DNA of 64,000 bases. Origin: Heterodontus francisci. Lineage: Eukaryota. A model generated the notes under the pieces. The model was not told the origin of the DNA. It searched no databases and worked only from the letters and a program-made list of their open reading frames with translations. This document shows positions 59,860-64,000 of this stretch, piece after piece. Every line of letters starts with the position of its first letter. The first letter of the stretch is position 1. Location of the stretch: NCBI RefSeq assembly GCF_036365525.1, contig NC_090398.1:37026694-37090693 (forward strand). The letters run 5' to 3'. A program made the translations under genes and the position numbers.

Positions 59860-60800
59860 AGGAGGGCTGGTAGGCTATTCGGTCCTTCGAGCATCCACCG
59901 CCATTCAATACAATGATGGCTGATCGTCCGAAATCAGTACCCTGTTCCTGCTTTCACCCCGTATCCCTTGATTTCTTTAGCCCTAAGAACTATATCTAAT
60001 TATTTTTTGAATATATTTACTGATTTGACCTCAACTGATTTCTGTGGTAGAAAATTCCACAGGTATACCACTCTCTTGGTGAAGAAATCCCTCCTCATCT
60101 CAGTCCTAATGGGCGACACAGTGGCGCACAGCTCCAGCGACCCGGGTTCAATTTTGGGTACTGCCTGTGTGGAGTTTGCAAGTTCTCCCTGTGTCTACGT
60201 TTGTTTACTCTGGGTGCTCCGGTTTCCTCCCACAGCCAAAAGACTTGCAGGTTAATAGGTAAATTGGCCATTATAAATTGCCCCGAGTGCAGGTAGGTGG
60301 GAGGAGAATATAGGGATGGGTGAGGATACAGTAGGAATATGGGATTAGTGTAGGATTAGTATAAATGTGTGGTTAATGGTCAGCACAGACTCGGTGGGCC
60401 GAAGGGCCTGTTTCAGTGCTGTATCTCTAAATCAAAAAAATCCAAATGTCTTTCCCATTATCCTCAGATTGTGACCCCTCGTCCTAGACTCACCCGCCAT
60501 CGAGAACTTCCTTCCTGCATCTAGTCTGTCATGTCCTGTTAGAATTTTGTAGGTTTCTATGAGATCGCCTCTCATTCTTATAAACTCTGGAGAATTCAAG
60601 CCTAATCGACCCAATCTCTCTTCATACGTCAGTCCTGCCATCCCAGGCATCACTCAGGTGAACCTTCGATGCTCAGATAAAGAGACCAAAACTGCACACA
60701 ATACTCCTGATGTGGTCTCACCAAGGCCTTGTATAATTGCAGTCAGACTCCCTTGCTCCTGTACTCGAATTATCCCGCTATGAAGGCCAACATACCAGAT
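59860..60800 (-). mobile_element. Old CR1 3' fragment containing a SINE
   Basis: Minus ORF MMPGMAGLTYEERLGRLGL..MRGDLIETYKILTG. Confidence 0.8.
60110..60440 (+). mobile_element. HE1/V-SINE-like SINE with a deletion after the A box
   Basis: Very similar to 20406-20745 but lacking gtggttagcaccgcagcctca. Confidence 0.85.
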
Positions 60801-61010
60801 TTCCTTCCCTAAAGAACAGGATTGTTCCAGATGTGTTTTTACAACAATCGACAATGGTTTCATGGCCATCATCAGACTAGCTTTTAATTCCATATTAACT
60901 GAATTCAAATTCCACCTTCTGCTCTGGTGGGATTCGAACCCATATCCCCAGAGAAATACCCTGTGTCTCTGGGTTACTTGTCCAGTGATAATACCACTAC
61001 ACCACCGCCT
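60800..61010 (-). mobile_element. tRNA-derived SINE (SacSINE1/Deu-like) 5' part
   Basis: rc ggcggtggtgtagtggtattatcactggac...gggttcgaatcccacc (A and B boxes). Confidence 0.7.
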
Positions 61011-61019
61011 ATCGCTAAA

Positions 61020-62480
61020 GTCCGCACTCACCCATCACTGACCCACAGTGGCGCTCAGTCCCCCAACACCTTAAACTTGAAATTCATATACCTGAGTTAA
61101 AAACCTCCCGTAGCCTAACTCCTCCCCATCTCCACCGCCTCCTGTAAACCTACCCGTGATCTAACCATACCTCTGACATTAGCCTCTTTTGGTGGCACTG
61201 TCCTCGCTTCGTTCCAGTCTTGTTAATCAGATTGTAGCCAGAATACCTCCTGCAATGGCTTCTACTCCCACACTAACACCATAACACCGTTACTGTTGGA
61301 GTGTCTGCACTTTCCATTCTCACTCCCTCCTCTTTCACACGTTGTCTACTGGCCACATCATCTACAGACATGGGGTCATCTTTCACATAATTGCTGACAA
61401 CACCTATCTCCAGCTCGCGACCATCTCTCTCGACCCTCCACTGCCTCTGTGCTACCAGACTGTAACAGTTTGTTTCCCAATAGCTGCAAGTTGCTTCAAT
61501 TACAAAGAGGAAGTGTAAAACCTCCAACTTTGGCCCCACCACAAACTCCTCACCCTTGTCACTTATTCCATCCACTCTTCTGGTTGTTGTCTCAGGCTGA
61601 GTATGATGTTTTGTAACCTCGGAACCCTATTCGCCCCAGTCCGGGGATACTGATCTCATATCCTCTCCGTCACACAAGACACCTATTTCTGCCTCCATTA
61701 CCTCATCAGCCTCCTCCCCTGCCCCATCCCATCAGGCATTGGAAACCTCAAACCTCCATTAGTTAACCGCAGACTCTCTGTCCTCTCCTCCAATTCATCG
61801 CCTCTTCATTCCCTGTCACTGGCCTCTTGGTGGGAATTTCCCGGCTTCTTTCCACTCTTACTCGTCTGATTGGAGGCAGAGAATATCAGCAATATCTTCT
61901 CCTCTTCATAATCTTTGGCAACTCCCAAGGATCTATACTGTTGCATCTCTTCCTGCTTATCTACAAGCTTCACATTGGATCTCTCACCTCCAGATGTGGG
62001 ATCAGCTGTTGTATGAACACTGACAACACCCACTTTACCCCTGCACACCATCTCTCCCGACAACTGCCAGTGTCTCAGTGTTATCCATCCACATATTTAA
62101 ATCCTTCCTGCCTTCCCCAACCCGATTTGTGTAACGTCCTCCAGCCCTACAATCCCTCCACCTCCAACCTCCAATTTTTCTATACCTTGGGCTGTGGCTG
62201 TTTTGCATCTTCCCCCCATATGCTCCAGAATTGTCAACTGTGCCTTCAGCCATCTAGGCCTGATGTTTGAGAATCCCTCCTTAATCCATCCACATACCAC
62301 CCCTCTCCTCCTTTCAGTCCATCCAAACATCTTCCTGACTGAGATGATGGTGACTCCTCTGAATAGCTCCTACCTTGGCTGAAGTGTATTTTCTGTCTGA
62401 TTATAGCTCCGTGATATGCTTAGAGATCTTTGCGATGTTAACGGCGTTATATAAATGCACCATGTTATTGTTGTACTTTA
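61020..62480 (+). mobile_element. Ancient L2-like remnants (similar pieces at 22330-22760 and 24600-25420)
   Basis: Recurrent gctgacaacacc.., ccctccagccctacaa, gctgtgccttcagcc..ctaggcc.., gctatataaatgca-like L2 3' motifs; very decayed. Confidence 0.45.
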
Positions 62481-63282
62481 CTATCCTCAACTTTCTTCAA
62501 CTCACATTTGTTCCTTCATACACGTGATCTTTGCGTCACTGGCATGGCCAGTATTTATTTCTCATCACTAATTTCCCTTGAGAAGGTGATAGTGCGGCAC
62601 CTTCTTAACAACTGGGTGTCTTGCTCGGCCATTTCAGAGGGGCAGCTGAGAGTCAGCCACACTCTCGTTGGTGTGGACTTATATGTAGGCCAGACTGGTC
62701 AAGGATGGCAGATTTCCTCCCCTTTAGGACATTAGTGAACTAAATCGGTTTTGCAACAGTCCTGTTGTTTCATGGTTACCATAGCTGCACGAGACTTTTA
62801 TTCCTGATTTATTTAATTTACTGAATTTAAATTTGTCAGCTATCATGGTTTGAACTCGTTTTTTTTTTTCTGGAGCATTAGGCCAGACCACTTGGTCACT
62901 AAACCAGAAACATAACGACCATGCTGCAATTAGCGGCCATGTCTTTAGCTGACTGAGGTCTACTCTCAGAAACCATTCCGAATGCTCCCCCCATCTCCCT
63001 CCCTCATGAAACCCTATTCTTTGACCTCGAGTTCGATCTCTTCTCCGAATGTACTGATTCTCACACTGGTGTCCTTGGACCCCTGTGTGTCTGCAGAGAC
63101 TCTCCACCAGGGGGTATGTGAAATACAGTCAGTAGCAGTCCGTTGGTGAGCTTGCATGTTAAAGTGTTATTGCAGTGACTGCCAACACTCCGATGAGTGT
63201 CTTCACACTTACACCTGTCAACGTATTCCTGCAGGAATGTTGGGAACGTGAAGCTAGTGACTGCATTAAAATCCCACACAGA

Positions 63283-64000
63283 AGATTTAACAACAGAATT
63301 GCGGCTGCCTGCAACGAATTTGGCCTAACCATCAGCCTCAAGAAACCGAACATCTTGGGACAGGACGTCAGAAATGCTCTATCCATCAATATCGGCAACC
63401 ACGCTCTGGAAGTAGTTCAAGAGTTCACCTACCTAGGCTCAACGATCACCACTAACCTGTTTCTCGAAGCAGAATTCAACAAGCGCATGGGCAAGGCGTC
63501 CGATGCTATGTCCAGACTGGCCAAGAGGATGTGGGAGAATGGCGCACTGACACAGAACACAAAAGTCGAGTGTTTCAAGCTTGTGCCCTCAGTACCTTGC
63601 TCTACGGCAGCAAGGCCTGGACATTGTATGTCAGCCAAGAGCGACGTCTCAACTCATTCCATCTTCGCTGCCTCTGGAGTATCCTTGGCATCGGGTGGCA
63701 GGACCGGATCTCCAACGCAGAAGTCCTCAAGGCTTCCAACATCCCCAGCATATACAGCCTACTGAATCAGTGGCGCTTGAGATGGCTTGGCCATGTGAGC
63801 AGCATGGAAGATGGTATGATCCTCAAGGACGCATTGTACAGTGAGCTCGTCACTGGTATCAGACCCACCGGCCATCCATGTCTCCGCTTTAAAGACGTCT
63901 GAAAACACGAATAAGGTACTGTGACATTGACTACAAGTCGTGGAGTCAGTTGCCAGTGATCGCCAGAGCTGGTGGATAGCCATAAAGGCGAAGTGGTTAG
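63283..64000 (+). mobile_element. RTE-clade LINE 3' fragment (runs off the window)
   Basis: AACNEFGLTISLKK, VQEFTYLGS, LSTLLYGSKAWTLY..FHLRCLWSILGIGWQDRISN..RLRWLGHV; same family as 5050-5673. Confidence 0.9.

Overview
Repeat-dense vertebrate genomic DNA, most likely from a cartilaginous fish (shark). This is inferred from HE1/V-SINE-like SINEs, CR1, Tx1, RTE and Penelope fragments, and a cluster of GPR139-like GPCR genes. No intact host gene is evident. There are two two-exon GPR139-like rhodopsin-class GPCR pseudogenes (minus strand 14382-21573; plus strand 55934-59249) and an orphan first exon (1603-1653). The main mobile element is a young, near full-length CR1 LINE (45478-50411) nested in an older antisense CR1. 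It has an open 936-aa APE-RT ORF2, a frameshifted zinc-finger/coiled-coil/SGNH-esterase ORF1 and an unusual 5' UTR: about 4.9 tandem 173-bp monomers rich in splice-donor motifs, a perfect 24-bp E-box palindrome and a canonical-looking 82-nt intron. Two decayed Tx1-clade elements and a tiny stub all sit at the same position of a ~68-bp repeat, suggesting target specificity. Penelope terminal fragments carry minimal hammerhead-ribozyme cores. Boundaries of old elements are approximate and were read by eye; no database search was run.
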